Below are positions 1-8,378 of a stretch of 57,224 nucleotides of DNA, in pieces. The notes under the pieces are model-generated. The model saw nothing but the letters and a program-made list of their open reading frames with translations, did no database searches and was not told the origin of the DNA. Positions within the stretch are counted from its first letter, which is position 1. The number at the start of each line of letters is the position of its first letter. The position numbers and the translations under genes were made by a program. Source of the DNA: Armatimonadetes bacterium JP3_11 (GTDB taxonomy: Bacteria; Armatimonadota; Fimbriimonadia; Fimbriimonadales; GBS-DC); contig NKPV01000002.1 in NCBI GenBank assembly GCA_002254605.1, forward strand, positions 1-57,224, given 5' to 3'.

Positions 1-1
1 A

Positions 2-196
2 GACCCGTGGCTGGGTTCGCTGTATGCCCCGCTCACGCTGAATGGGTATGGGTATTGTGTGAACGACCCCGTGAATGCGGTGGATCCGGATGGCAACCTT
101 CCATTGATCGTAGTCGTGATTATAGGGGTTGCTGCAGGCTTGGGAACTGTAGCAGCAGGAGACTATTTCTTAGATGAAGGCAATGACTTTGACTGA
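2..196 (+). CDS. 3' end of an Rhs/YD-repeat polymorphic toxin gene (5' part upstream of the window)
   Basis: Frame 2 reads ...[22 protein letters not shown] (DPDG = nt 83-94), the canonical end of an Rhs core. It is followed by a 33-aa tail, [33 protein letters not shown], and TGA at 194-196. Confidence 0.75.
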   Translation, partial: DPWLGSLYAPLTLNGYGYCVNDPVNAVDPDGNLPLIVVVIIGVAAGLGTVAAGDYFLDEGNDFD

Positions 197-511
197 CCCT
201 GGAGGGCTTATGCCATAGGCGGAGCAACAGGTGGTGCGTGGGGGCTGCTTTTGGGACTTTGGTCTGGGGCTGGTGCTGTCACAGTGACCGTGTGCCGCTT
301 TGGGAGCGCGATTACACCTGGCAGCTGGGTTCAGATTGGTGCGCCTTCGGTAGGTACATGAATACGATCAGGAATGGCGCAATATGTGAGTTATGGAGCT
401 TATAGGGCAGGGGTATATGTGATGGAAAATGTTCCAAAGTCTGCTTTGCGTTGGCCTCTGGGATGGGAGTTTTGGAAAGGCTTGCTAGGTCAGCGTATCT
501 ACTGGCTATAA
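197..511 (+). pseudogene. Possible disrupted continuation of the Rhs C-terminal toxin domain (same frame, interrupted by TGA at 194-196 and 359-361)
   Basis: The same frame continues for 54 codons (PWRAYAIGGATGGAWGLLLGLWSGAGAVTVTVCRFGSAITPGSWVQIGAPSVGT). After a second TGA it runs 49 more codons (IRSGMAQYVSYGAYRAGVYVMENVPKSALRWPLGWEFWKGLLGQRIYWL) to TAA at 509-511, 17 nt before the next gene. There is no plausible start codon after the first TGA. Confidence 0.35.
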
Positions 512-528
512 ATTCGGAGGGTGATTCG

Positions 529-882
529 ATGATGGCGTCCATCTTATTTAGTGGTTTGTTTTATGTTATATTATCAATAGCTGTTATTCTGGATACAATA
601 AATGTTTTTCTTTATATACGCCATATTATAGCAGAAATTGTTTATCGTCGCACAGGTGTGCGAAAAAAAGTGCCATCAGCTGCTCCTGTTGCAGCGACAT
701 TATTTTATATTATGTTTTTACCATATGGCGTATCTGTGAATGCGAGTCTGGGTAAACCCTTTTTCCCGATAAGTACTGAGTTGAAGGTCGGGCTTTTATT
801 CCTTATGGGACATATTGCTTTACATATTGTGTTTATTATTTTATGTTGGTTGATATCAGGTTCGACTCATAAGGTTCAATAA
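529..882 (+). CDS. Small multi-TM membrane protein, candidate immunity protein for the adjacent Rhs toxin
   Basis: ATG at 529 lies 7 nt after GGAGG (517-521); the ORF track extends it to a TTG at 451. There are 3-4 hydrophobic helices ([53 protein letters not shown]). My hand count for 541-880 gives about 34% G+C, against ~60% in the flanks. Confidence 0.6.
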   Translation: MMASILFSGLFYVILSIAVILDTINVFLYIRHIIAEIVYRRTGVRKKVPSAAPVAATLFYIMFLPYGVSVNASLGKPFFPISTELKVGLLFLMGHIALHIVFIILCWLISGSTHKVQ

Positions 883-1259
883 AAGTTGGTCGTGGAACAC
901 AGTGCAGCAAGACGCACTGGATAGCGGTGCAAGCGAACGGCGGCGAATGGGTGTATAATGGTTATGGTTTAGCGATGTACCAGCGCGGTGGTGAATGGCG
1001 GTACTGGAGCATACGAGGCGATCTGGTGGCGGTTTCGGACGCTGCTGGAGCCTTCACTTCTGCCGCGTTGACCGATGCGTTTGTGGACAGCGTATCGGGC
1101 AACCGTGCCGTGTACGACTGGAACGGCACGTGGTTCTACCGAAACGAGCTGACCGAGACGGGCGGCTTGGTGAAGGTCGGCATTCGCTGGTACGACCTGG
1201 CGGTGGGGCGGTTCTTGAGTGGGTGCAGGCGTTCGTTGGTGAGGTGGTGGAAACGGTAG
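873..1259 (+). pseudogene. Orphan Rhs/YD-repeat core fragment (no N-terminus, no DPxG end or toxin domain)
   Basis: The frame opens right after the immunity gene stop. It reads ...[36 protein letters not shown], matching YD repeats and the RYYDPxxGRFxS motif. It then degenerates ([12 protein letters not shown]) without reaching a DPxG core end. Confidence 0.6.
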
Positions 1260-1354
1260 ACAAGCGTGCCCAAGGCAGGTAGGAGCTGGTTCGGCAACAG
1301 TTCTGTGGCGAGGGCGAAGCGCAAGCGTCGGTAGAAGGCGTGCTCCTAAACCCC

Positions 1355-1384
1355 TTGACAAACAGGTTCGGGATATGGTATATT
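1355..1384 (+). promoter_or_regulatory. Sigma-70-type promoter of the ba3 oxidase operon
   Basis: TTGACA (1355-1360), an 18-nt spacer, then TGgTATATT (-10 hexamer at 1379-1384). It sits about 60 nt upstream of the subunit IIa start. Confidence 0.5.
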
Positions 1385-1443
1385 ATGTGCGGCTATTAGA
1401 CCTGAATGGTCTAATAGTGTTGTTGACACAAGGAGGCAAGGCG

Positions 1444-1563
1444 ATGAAGGAAACACGGGAGCCGTTTGTACCGACGGGCGCGATAGCGTTTTTCGTGACG
1501 CTGATTATCGTCTACGCACTGGTGTGGCTCGCCGTCTACGGCGTGATGCTAAACTGGAGGTGA
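1444..1563 (+). CDS. cbaD: ba3-type cytochrome c oxidase subunit IIa (single-TM micro-protein, 39 aa)
   Basis: MKETREPFVPTGAIAFFVTLIIVYALVWLAVYGVMLNWR is one TM helix and is preceded by GGAGG (1431-1435). It lies directly upstream of subunits II and I, as in the Thermus ba3 operon. The ORF track's 1375 start is probably too long. Confidence 0.7.
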   Translation: MKETREPFVPTGAIAFFVTLIIVYALVWLAVYGVMLNWR

Positions 1564-1567
1564 GTTT

Positions 1568-2014
1568 ATGGACCTGTTTGAGAAGCGTGCGATGGCTCTG
1601 GGTTTATCTTTGGTCATGATGTTCTTTGGGCTGGTTGTCTACGCCGCGAAAGGGCTCCAGGCGGAGTTGCCTACCTGTCTTCCGAACGCGCGATTGTTCC
1701 AGAATGGACGAGTGGTAGAAGTGGGACCAAACCGTTATCAGGTCGACGCGGTGGCGTTTATGTGGAGTTTTGATATGGGGCAGGGGAACACCATCAGGAT
1801 TCCGCGCGGCGCAACAGTAGATTTCTATGTCACCAGCCGTGATGTGATGCATGGCTATCACATCGACAAAACCCTCGTGAACCTGATGGCGATTCCCGGA
1901 GCCGTGACCTACACTCGTGTGAAGTTCGATAGAGCAGGGGAGTATCAGATTGTCTGCCATGAATATTGCGGTCTTGGTCATCAGAACATGGCTGGCAAAG
2001 TGATTGTAGAGTAA
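1568..2014 (+). CDS. cbaB: ba3-type cytochrome c oxidase subunit II (CuA)
   Basis: N-terminal TM helix. The CuA site is H..(34)..CHEYCGLGHQNM, and the C-terminus closely resembles Thermus CbaB (...EYRIICNQYCGLGHQNM...). GGAGG lies upstream. Confidence 0.9.
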   Translation: MDLFEKRAMALGLSLVMMFFGLVVYAAKGLQAELPTCLPNARLFQNGRVVEVGPNRYQVDAVAFMWSFDMGQGNTIRIPRGATVDFYVTSRDVMHGYHIDKTLVNLMAIPGAVTYTRVKFDRAGEYQIVCHEYCGLGHQNMAGKVIVE

Positions 2015-2027
2015 GGAGGAGGTCACC

Positions 2028-3761
2028 ATGCAAGCGACTGCGATACCGACAAAAGGCGCAACGCGATTTATCATTCTCAGTGAGCTGATTATTCCGTTTA
2101 TCTTACTGATCCTTGGGGTGCTGCTGGGGCTGTATCAGGTTCTGGCGCGTGCGGGGATCATCAAGTCTGCCGATGTGTTCGGCATTAACTACTACCAAGG
2201 GTTGACACTGCACGGGGTGATTAACGCCATTGTGTTCACGACTTTTTTTGCGGTGGCGTTTGGCAATGCGATTATGCTGCACCAGTTGCGGCGCCCACTT
2301 AAGATGGGCGTGCAGTGGGCGGCGTGGGTCTTGATGGTAGGAGGCACGCTAATGGCGGCGTGGGCGATGCTCACAGGGCGCGCCACGGTGCTGTATACCT
2401 TCTACTTGCCGATGGTAGCGCACTGGACTTTCTATGTGGGCGCGACCTTGCTGCTCATTGGCTCGCTTTTACCGTATTTTCTGGACTGGATTCCGAACAC
2501 CGTGGCGTGGCGACGCGAAAATCCAAACGCGAAATTACCCCTGGCAGTATTGGGCACTCTGGTTAACTTCACGCTTTGGTTCTTGATAATCTTGCCTTTG
2601 GCGACCACCGTGTTGTTCCAGATGCTGCCGATGTCGCTGGGGCTTGTGAGCGAGGTGAACCCCCTGCTATCGCGGACGCTGTTTTGGTTCTTTGGGCACG
2701 CACTCGTCTACTTCTGGCTGTTGCCCTCGTATATTATGCTCTACACGATGTTGCCGAAGTTAGCAGGCGGGAAGCTCTATTCCGACCCTGCAGCGCGTCT
2801 GGCGTTCCTGCTGTTCCTGCTGTTCTCGATTCCCGTGGGGTTGCATCACCAGTACACGGAGGGCGGTTTGAGCAGTGGATGGAAGCTCTGGCACGCGTTC
2901 CTTACCTTTATGGTAGCGTTGCCCAGCTTCATTACAGCATTCACCGTCGCGGCGTCATTAGAGCACGCAGGACGCAACAACGGTGCGCAGGGGGTGTTCG
3001 GCTGGATGAGCAAGCTGCCTTACTGGAGCAGGGAAGGGGACAAGTGGCTCTTCGCCTACTTCATCTCGGGCTTGATTCTGTTCCTGTTTGGCGGCATTAC
3101 GGGGATTGTAAACGCCTCCTATAGCCTGAACCTCGTGGTGCATAACACGGCGTGGATTGTGGGGCACTTCCACACGACGGTTGGCGGCTTGGTAACGCTC
3201 AGCTTTTTGGGCATGACGCTCTACTTGGTCGCCCGATTGCGCGGCGTTGAGGTAAAAGCGAAGCCCTTGGCGCTCGCTGCGCCATACCTGTGGATGATTG
3301 GCTTCGTTATCTTTGAAATTGCGCTCTCGATCGCCGGTCTTCAGGGCGTACCGCGCCGCAGCAACCTTGGAATCAGCTATTTAGACCCGTCCCAGACACA
3401 CCTCTATCGAGGCGACTGGCTGTTTTGGTCGCATGTGGGCGCGCTGGGTGGCGTCATTGCAGTGGTCGGTTTCTTACTCTTCACCGTCTCGCTGCTGGGC
3501 ACACTGTTCGCCAAACCTGTGAAGCAACCCGAGGTGGATTTTCCTATTGCCGAAGCCATCCACGAGGAGGCAACGCCGCTGGTGGTCAATCTGCGTCCTT
3601 GGGTAACAGCGACGCTCTTGCTAATCGCGATTTCGTATACCTATCCTGTTTATGAGTCGATGACGCGCGGACAGATCACGAAAGTGCCGGGCTACCAGAG
3701 CATCCAGAACGGGCTGGTGCCCCAATCCGCGCTGCGTGAACAGACGAGGTTACCCGAATGA
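2028..3761 (+). CDS. cbaA: ba3-type (B-family) cytochrome c oxidase subunit I
   Basis: Long blocks match Thermus CbaA: YYQGLTLHGVINAIVFT, TVLYTFY, RTLFWFFGHALVYFWLLP, LAFLLFLLFSIPVGLHHQ, VVHNTAWIVGHFH. AGGAGGAGG RBS upstream. Confidence 0.95.
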   Translation: MQATAIPTKGATRFIILSELIIPFILLILGVLLGLYQVLARAGIIKSADVFGINYYQGLTLHGVINAIVFTTFFAVAFGNAIMLHQLRRPLKMGVQWAAWVLMVGGTLMAAWAMLTGRATVLYTFYLPMVAHWTFYVGATLLLIGSLLPYFLDWIPNTVAWRRENPNAKLPLAVLGTLVNFTLWFLIILPLATTVLFQMLPMSLGLVSEVNPLLSRTLFWFFGHALVYFWLLPSYIMLYTMLPKLAGGKLYSDPAARLAFLLFLLFSIPVGLHHQYTEGGLSSGWKLWHAFLTFMVALPSFITAFTVAASLEHAGRNNGAQGVFGWMSKLPYWSREGDKWLFAYFISGLILFLFGGITGIVNASYSLNLVVHNTAWIVGHFHTTVGGLVTLSFLGMTLYLVARLRGVEVKAKPLALAAPYLWMIGFVIFEIALSIAGLQGVPRRSNLGISYLDPSQTHLYRGDWLFWSHVGALGGVIAVVGFLLFTVSLLGTLFAKPVKQPEVDFPIAEAIHEEATPLVVNLRPWVTATLLLIAISYTYPVYESMTRGQITKVPGYQSIQNGLVPQSALREQTRLPE

Positions 3762-4453
3762 GACGACTTGCTGGATACCTCCTGTCATTCGCGCTGGGAT
3801 GCTCTGTCTTCGGGCAGGGCATCCCGCCCAACCTCAGCAAAACGATAGGAACCACTCCGCCTGATGTGAAGTTTGTGGACACGCAGGGGCGGGCGTTCCG
3901 ACTCAGCGACCTAAAAGGTAAACCTGTGATCCTCAGTCCTGTCTACGCGGGCTGTCCCAGTGCGTGCATCGTCATCAGCCGGAGCGTGAAGCACGCTTTG
4001 GAACAGCTCGGGCTCCCAGAGGACGCTTTCATCATAGTGACTTTCAGCTTCGACCCGAAAGAGGGGCGCGCTGAAATGGCGAGTTTCCAAAAGACGCATC
4101 ATTTAAACGCTCACAACTGGCGTGTTGCGGTCATCCCTGACGACCAAGCCCTGTTTCAGATGCTCGACGCGCTCGATTTCCGATTTACCTATGTATCCGA
4201 GCAGGTAAAAGACCACCCGAACCTCCTGGTGTTTCTCGACAGCGAGGGGGTGATACGCCACTACGAGTTCGGGTTGGAGTTCACTCCCGCACAGTTGCAA
4301 CGAGGTTTGCGCATCGCACGCGGTGAGTATACGCTTTGGGAGCGGGTAAGCGACTGGATTTTTCCTTTAGGAGCGCTGGGTCTGTTGGCGACAGGCACTT
4401 GGATCATGTTCGGCTCCCGACACCGACGGAGACAGGGTAGGGAACCGAGTTAA
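3758..4453 (+). CDS. SCO1/SenC-family thioredoxin-fold copper chaperone
   Basis: ATGA overlap with cbaA. Signal-like N-terminus, the CxxxC copper motif (YAGCPSAC), and a conserved downstream His (KDHPNLLVFLD). C-terminal TM helix. Confidence 0.8.
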   Translation: MRRLAGYLLSFALGCSVFGQGIPPNLSKTIGTTPPDVKFVDTQGRAFRLSDLKGKPVILSPVYAGCPSACIVISRSVKHALEQLGLPEDAFIIVTFSFDPKEGRAEMASFQKTHHLNAHNWRVAVIPDDQALFQMLDALDFRFTYVSEQVKDHPNLLVFLDSEGVIRHYEFGLEFTPAQLQRGLRIARGEYTLWERVSDWIFPLGALGLLATGTWIMFGSRHRRRQGREPS

Positions 4454-4461
4454 CTCAGTGG

Positions 4462-4467
4462 TATAAT
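4462..4467 (+). promoter_or_regulatory. Extended -10 element (TGgTATAAT) upstream of the Rrf2 gene
   Basis: The sequence cagTGgTATAATtc lies 33 nt upstream of ATG 4500. Confidence 0.4.
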
Positions 4468-4499
4468 TCAGTTGAATAGGCGCAGGGGATCTCATCGCG

Positions 4500-4931
4500 A
4501 TGACGAAACTCTTAGATTTAGGTGCGCGATCGGAGTATGCAATCGCCGCGTTGGCGCGTTTAGCCCAGCGCGGGGAAGGGGCGATTGTCACGGTCAAAGA
4601 GTTGGCGGAGGAGACGGGCATCTCGCAGCATTTTCTCTACAACATCTTCGACGATTTGGCGAAGGCAGGAATTGTGCGCTCGTTTCGCGGTGCGAAGCGG
4701 GGCTTTATGCTGTGCCGCCCCCCCGAGGAGATTAGCTTCTATGACATCGTTGCTGCCGTTGAGGGGCTGATTGAGAAGCCGCATTGCCTGCTTGATCGAA
4801 ATCGGGTCTGTTCGGCGACAAATCCCTGCGCAGCGCATTTTTTCTGGATTGGGCTGCGAGATTATGCGGAACAATCGATGCGCGGGTTGACCTTGGCACA
4901 AATTGCCAAGAAGGCTCCATTTGGCAAGTAG
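4500..4931 (+). CDS. Rrf2-family transcriptional regulator with a 3-Cys cluster (IscR/NsrR-like)
   Basis: wHTH region (YAIAALARLA...VTVKELAEETGISQHFLYNIFDDLAKAGIVRSFRGAKRGF) and C-x8-C-x5-C (CLLDRNRVCSATNPC). Confidence 0.85.
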   Translation: MTKLLDLGARSEYAIAALARLAQRGEGAIVTVKELAEETGISQHFLYNIFDDLAKAGIVRSFRGAKRGFMLCRPPEEISFYDIVAAVEGLIEKPHCLLDRNRVCSATNPCAAHFFWIGLRDYAEQSMRGLTLAQIAKKAPFGK

Positions 4932-4941
4932 TTATCTACGC

Positions 4942-4963
4942 CTGAAGGCAATGAGTCCTTCAG
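4942..4963. terminator. Hairpin between convergent transcription units
   Basis: ctgaagg-caatgagt-ccttcag is a perfect 7-bp stem. A second 5-bp hairpin (gtagg..cctac) lies at 4965-4979. There is no clear U-tract. Confidence 0.3.
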
Positions 4964-5005
4964 AGTAGGTGCCGCCTACCGCCCACTCAACGCCCTCTTG
5001 CTTGG

Positions 5006-5131
5006 CTAAATTTGCATCAGGGCGCGCACTGTTTGCTCTGTGAGGAAGGCGCGTGCGAAGGTCCGCTGCAGTTCAGCGTCTTCCTGCAGCTTCTCCACCA
5101 ATTCGCGAATGTCGCTCAGCGTAATCGCCAT
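5006..5131 (-). CDS. Hypothetical 41-aa peptide downstream of ilvC
   Basis: MAITLSDIRELVEKLQEDAELQRTFARAFLTEQTVRALMQI. The ATG is 14 nt after the ilvC stop. It loosely resembles the helical N-terminus of Nif11-type small proteins, and its RBS is weak. Confidence 0.25.
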   Translation of the reverse strand: MAITLSDIRELVEKLQEDAELQRTFARAFLTEQTVRALMQI

Positions 5132-5145
5132 GAGATCCTATTCGA

Positions 5146-6129
5146 TTATACCTTAGCCATTCGGGAGCGTACCACTTCGCCAACCTGTTCGATAGGGTGT
5201 TCGGCAAAGGCGCGTTCAAGAGCGTGGAATACGGGGCGACCTGCCTGGTTTTCTAAAATCCACTCGCGTGCAAATTCACCGCGTTGTATCTCTCCGAGAA
5301 TGTCGCGTAGGGTCTGTCGCACATGCGGGTCGATGAGTCGTGCTCCGCGCGTCATCGCGCCATACTGCGCTGTGTCGGAAATGGCAAACTGCATCCCGCG
5401 TATGCCGCTTTCATAAATCAGATCGGCGATCAGCTTCAGTTCGTGTAAGCACTCGAAGTAGGCTACTTCGGGGGCGTAGCCTGCTTCTACAAGGGTTTCG
5501 AACGCGGCGCGTATCAAAGCAGGCACACCTCCGCATAACACGGCTTGCTCGCCGAATAAGTCCGCCTCACACTCCTCCTTGAAAGTTGTCTCGTACACCC
5601 CCGCGCGTGTCCCGCCCAACGCTCGCGCGTAGGCAAGTGCAATCGCTTTCGCCTCGCCTGTGTAGTCTTGATGGACAGCGATTAGGCAGGGTGCACCGTG
5701 CCCTTGCACATAAAGACGCCGTAGCTGCGGTCCAACGGCTTTGGGGGAGACCATAAACACATCGATGTCTTCAGGGGGGGTAATTTGCCCATAATGGATA
5801 TTGAAACCGTGAGCAAACCCCAGCGCATGTCCTGTGCGTAGGGAGGGAGCAATTTGTTCTCTATAGAGTTGGGGTTGATGCTCATCGTTCACTAATAACA
5901 TTAAGACATCGCCTCGCTGAACAGCTTCGGGGATGGGACGGACTTCGAATCCATCGCTTTGGGCGCGTTCCCACGAGAGTCCGGGGCGTGCGCCGACGAT
6001 GACCTTGATGCTGCTGTCGCGTAGGTTCTGTGCTTGCGCATGTCCTTGCGAACCGTAGCCGATGATTGCCACGGTTCGGTTCTGCAAGGGGGTCAGTGGT
6101 GCGTCGGCTTCGGTGTAAACCTGTGCCAT
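5146..6129 (-). CDS. ilvC: Ketol-acid reductoisomerase
   Basis: [20 protein letters not shown] (NADP site) and class-I IlvC length (327 aa). Conserved blocks include [11 protein letters not shown] and SDTAQYG. Confidence 0.95.
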   Translation of the reverse strand: MAQVYTEADAPLTPLQNRTVAIIGYGSQGHAQAQNLRDSSIKVIVGARPGLSWERAQSDGFEVRPIPEAVQRGDVLMLLVNDEHQPQLYREQIAPSLRTGHALGFAHGFNIHYGQITPPEDIDVFMVSPKAVGPQLRRLYVQGHGAPCLIAVHQDYTGEAKAIALAYARALGGTRAGVYETTFKEECEADLFGEQAVLCGGVPALIRAAFETLVEAGYAPEVAYFECLHELKLIADLIYESGIRGMQFAISDTAQYGAMTRGARLIDPHVRQTLRDILGEIQRGEFAREWILENQAGRPVFHALERAFAEHPIEQVGEVVRSRMAKV

Positions 6130-6131
6130 GT

Positions 6132-7115
6132 TTACTTTTCCTCCTTAGTTTGGGATTCGGGGAGCGATTTAGGGCTGGGCGCTTCAGGTTGGGCTTCCCG
6201 CTGGATGCGCACTCGCACGGTGACCTCGCGTGTGCCGAGGATTTCCACTCCTGCAGGGGCTTTAAGTGGCACCCGAATCTCGGCATCTGCAGTTTTGTTG
6301 CGCAAGGAGATGGGCGCGGTCTCGATCACATTGATCTGGGCGAGCCGCGCAGGGCTGCCACGCAACTGTACCGACACAGGCTCTACAGAAAACCAGATGA
6401 CCCGGTAGGGGAAGGGTGGCAAGTCTTCCAGGCGGGGGCTAACAGGTACCGTTTTGGAAGTCGGCTGAGGGATCAAACGCACCTTTAGGCGCACTTGGTC
6501 AGGAGTCATCTGCACCGTTAGCACGGGTTCGCCCGATTCGTCTAACGGGGTTGGGGTGGCTTCTATTTCCAGGTCGCCTTGCAAGCCAGTCATGTCGAAG
6601 TTGAGTTGTACGGTACGCACACGGCGCACTTGCGACGCCGCACCTGTGATGCGGACACTGTTAGGTTCGGGAATGGCTTCGGCTAATACCTCTTGCAGGT
6701 CGGGCACCCCTGTCAAGTTCACGCGCACGGGGAATTGTCGGCTTAGGCGTGGCTCCATCGTCACGCGCACGGTAGGGCGCTCCAGCTCCAGGGTCAAGCG
6801 GTCGCTCCAGTCGGCGGGATAGTCGAGGCGCAGAGGGAGGCGATTCTCGCCGGGCTTGGCTTGGCTCAGGTCGACGGTGACGCGGATTTGCTCGGCGCGT
6901 GTCTGCTCCACGAGTTCCTTGACCCCACGCACAATCACACGAGCGCGTGCACTCTCAAGGCGCACTTCGTAGTTTGGCGGCGTGTTGCGCTGTTCGATGG
7001 GGGGTTCGTAAACGCGCTCGATCACAGGATGCAGTTGCGACTGGACATAGAGCGCAAGCAGCACCGCTGTCACCAGCGCGCCGATTTTTTCCAGCAAGTT
7101 CTCGCGCCATCTCAT
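6132..7115 (-). CDS. YbbR-domain (CdaR-like) membrane-anchored protein
   Basis: N-terminal TM ([14 protein letters not shown]) followed by repeated ~80-aa beta-rich modules typical of YbbR repeats. The stop is 2 nt from the ilvC start. Confidence 0.65.
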   Translation of the reverse strand: MRWRENLLEKIGALVTAVLLALYVQSQLHPVIERVYEPPIEQRNTPPNYEVRLESARARVIVRGVKELVEQTRAEQIRVTVDLSQAKPGENRLPLRLDYPADWSDRLTLELERPTVRVTMEPRLSRQFPVRVNLTGVPDLQEVLAEAIPEPNSVRITGAASQVRRVRTVQLNFDMTGLQGDLEIEATPTPLDESGEPVLTVQMTPDQVRLKVRLIPQPTSKTVPVSPRLEDLPPFPYRVIWFSVEPVSVQLRGSPARLAQINVIETAPISLRNKTADAEIRVPLKAPAGVEILGTREVTVRVRIQREAQPEAPSPKSLPESQTKEEK

Positions 7116-7136
7116 CCGCGCCAGAAGTGTACCTGT

Positions 7137-8378
7137 TTAGCCGCGCCACGCGCCGCGAGCGACGGCGGGAATAAAGTTCTCAAGCTCGGGGCAGGGGAGG
7201 GACACCGTTGCGCCGCGCTCCGCACTCAGATACGCTGCCATGAGCAACTCAGTAATCCGTGCGCCGTATTCCAAATCACAAAAGGGCGTTTTGCCTTGCA
7301 GGAAGCAGTCGGTGAAGTAGCGGTTCTCCGCAATGTAGCCGTAGGTGTGCGCCTCGTCGGCGAGGTAGGGCATCAACCCTTGCTCAGCGTTCTGCTTTTC
7401 CACGAGGTCTTCGCCTGCTTCACCGTGTACGGCGCGGCTGAAAAAGATTTCGCCTTCACCACTTAAGGTATTAATAGTGAGCATATACTCTGGTCCCAGC
7501 ACCTCAAAAGTGAGGCGCAGTCCTGGTCCGACAAAACACCATGAGGTACTGGCTTCCACCATCGCCTTGTTGCCCGAGGGGGTTCGAAACTCGATCCGGG
7601 CGGTGGCGTAGTCTTCGGCGGGCGATTTCGTGTAGTCCACCTCCATCTCGTGTGCATAGGCGTCGCGCAGTTTGCGGGCGTATTCAGGACGCGCCCACTT
7701 GAGGCAGGCGATTTGCGCCGAGACGGAGCAGGGAAGTAGGGCGCTGAGTGGCTGGTCGGGCGGGGTGAGTGCATACCAGCCCGCGGCGACGCTGTGGCAC
7801 ATCATGTCGTTCAGCACACCACCGCCTTGCAGGTCACCTCTCCAGAACCATGCGCGATGGGGACCGCTGTGTTCTTCCGCACAGCGCGCCAGATACGGCT
7901 CGCCAGCGACCGCCGCCCCACGACGCCACAAAAGTTCCTTCCCGCGCACGAGGGCAGGGGCAAAGAGTTGGTTCTCCAGATAGCCGTGGGGAATGCCTGC
8001 CTCCGAGATCGCCGCGAGGATCTGTCTTGCCTCTTTCAGATTTCGGGCGAGGGGTTTTTCTACCGCTATGCCTTTGAGCTGCGCTCGACCAGACTGCACC
8101 TCCTCCGCGATGGCTTCAATGAGCTCCACGCGCACATAGTTCGGTGCGAGGAACCAGATGGCATCTACCTCGGGGTCACACGCCAACTCACGCACCTCGG
8201 TATATACCTTGGGATTTCCCACACCCAGCGCTCGACAAAACGCCGCCAGTTCGGAGCCTTTGGCGGCGTCGCGCGTCATAATTGCGGTGATTTCGGCGTT
8301 CCGCACAGACGCAAACGCTTGCGCGTGGAACCGCGCCACAAAGCCACTGCCTACAAAACCGATACGAAGCCGTTCCAT
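7137..8378 (-). CDS. Gfo/Idh/MocA-family oxidoreductase
   Basis: N-terminal Rossmann motif LRIGFVGSGFVARFHAQAF and an EKP motif (AVEKPLA). Confidence 0.85.
   Translation of the reverse strand: MERLRIGFVGSGFVARFHAQAFASVRNAEITAIMTRDAAKGSELAAFCRALGVGNPKVYTEVRELACDPEVDAIWFLAPNYVRVELIEAIAEEVQSGRAQLKGIAVEKPLARNLKEARQILAAISEAGIPHGYLENQLFAPALVRGKELLWRRGAAVAGEPYLARCAEEHSGPHRAWFWRGDLQGGGVLNDMMCHSVAAGWYALTPPDQPLSALLPCSVSAQIACLKWARPEYARKLRDAYAHEMEVDYTKSPAEDYATARIEFRTPSGNKAMVEASTSWCFVGPGLRLTFEVLGPEYMLTINTLSGEGEIFFSRAVHGEAGEDLVEKQNAEQGLMPYLADEAHTYGYIAENRYFTDCFLQGKTPFCDLEYGARITELLMAAYLSAERGATVSLPCPELENFIPAVARGAWRG

Noticed and set aside
194-361. Genome-wide TGA recoding (TGA read as Gly/Trp) or selenocysteine as the explanation for the two in-frame TGAs in the Rhs tip.
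   Set aside because: Many well-conserved genes in the window terminate correctly at TGA (cbaD, cbaA, accB, the DUF4129 gene, DUF58). I saw no obvious SECIS-like hairpin directly downstream. Nonsense mutation, sequencing error or local readthrough are more parsimonious.
312-542. A 76-aa minus-strand ORF between the Rhs tip and the immunity gene.
   Set aside because: It has no RBS and a low-complexity translation. It lies antisense to the frame that carries the glycine-zipper continuation, so I judge it a shadow ORF.
1136-1324. Possible IS/transposase remnant on the minus strand at the junction between the Rhs fragment and the cba promoter.
   Set aside because: The frame has no start, no DDE motif and no terminal inverted repeats, and I cannot recall a matching family. 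It partly overlaps the Rhs fragment and may be a shadow ORF. I kept it only as an unexplained stretch within the orphan-fragment finding.
6132-7115. A c-di-AMP signalling locus, suggested by the YbbR/CdaR-like protein together with the KimA-like transporter.
   Set aside because: There is no cdaA/disA cyclase, glmM or ydaO-type riboswitch in the window. The two genes are 10 kb apart in unrelated operons.
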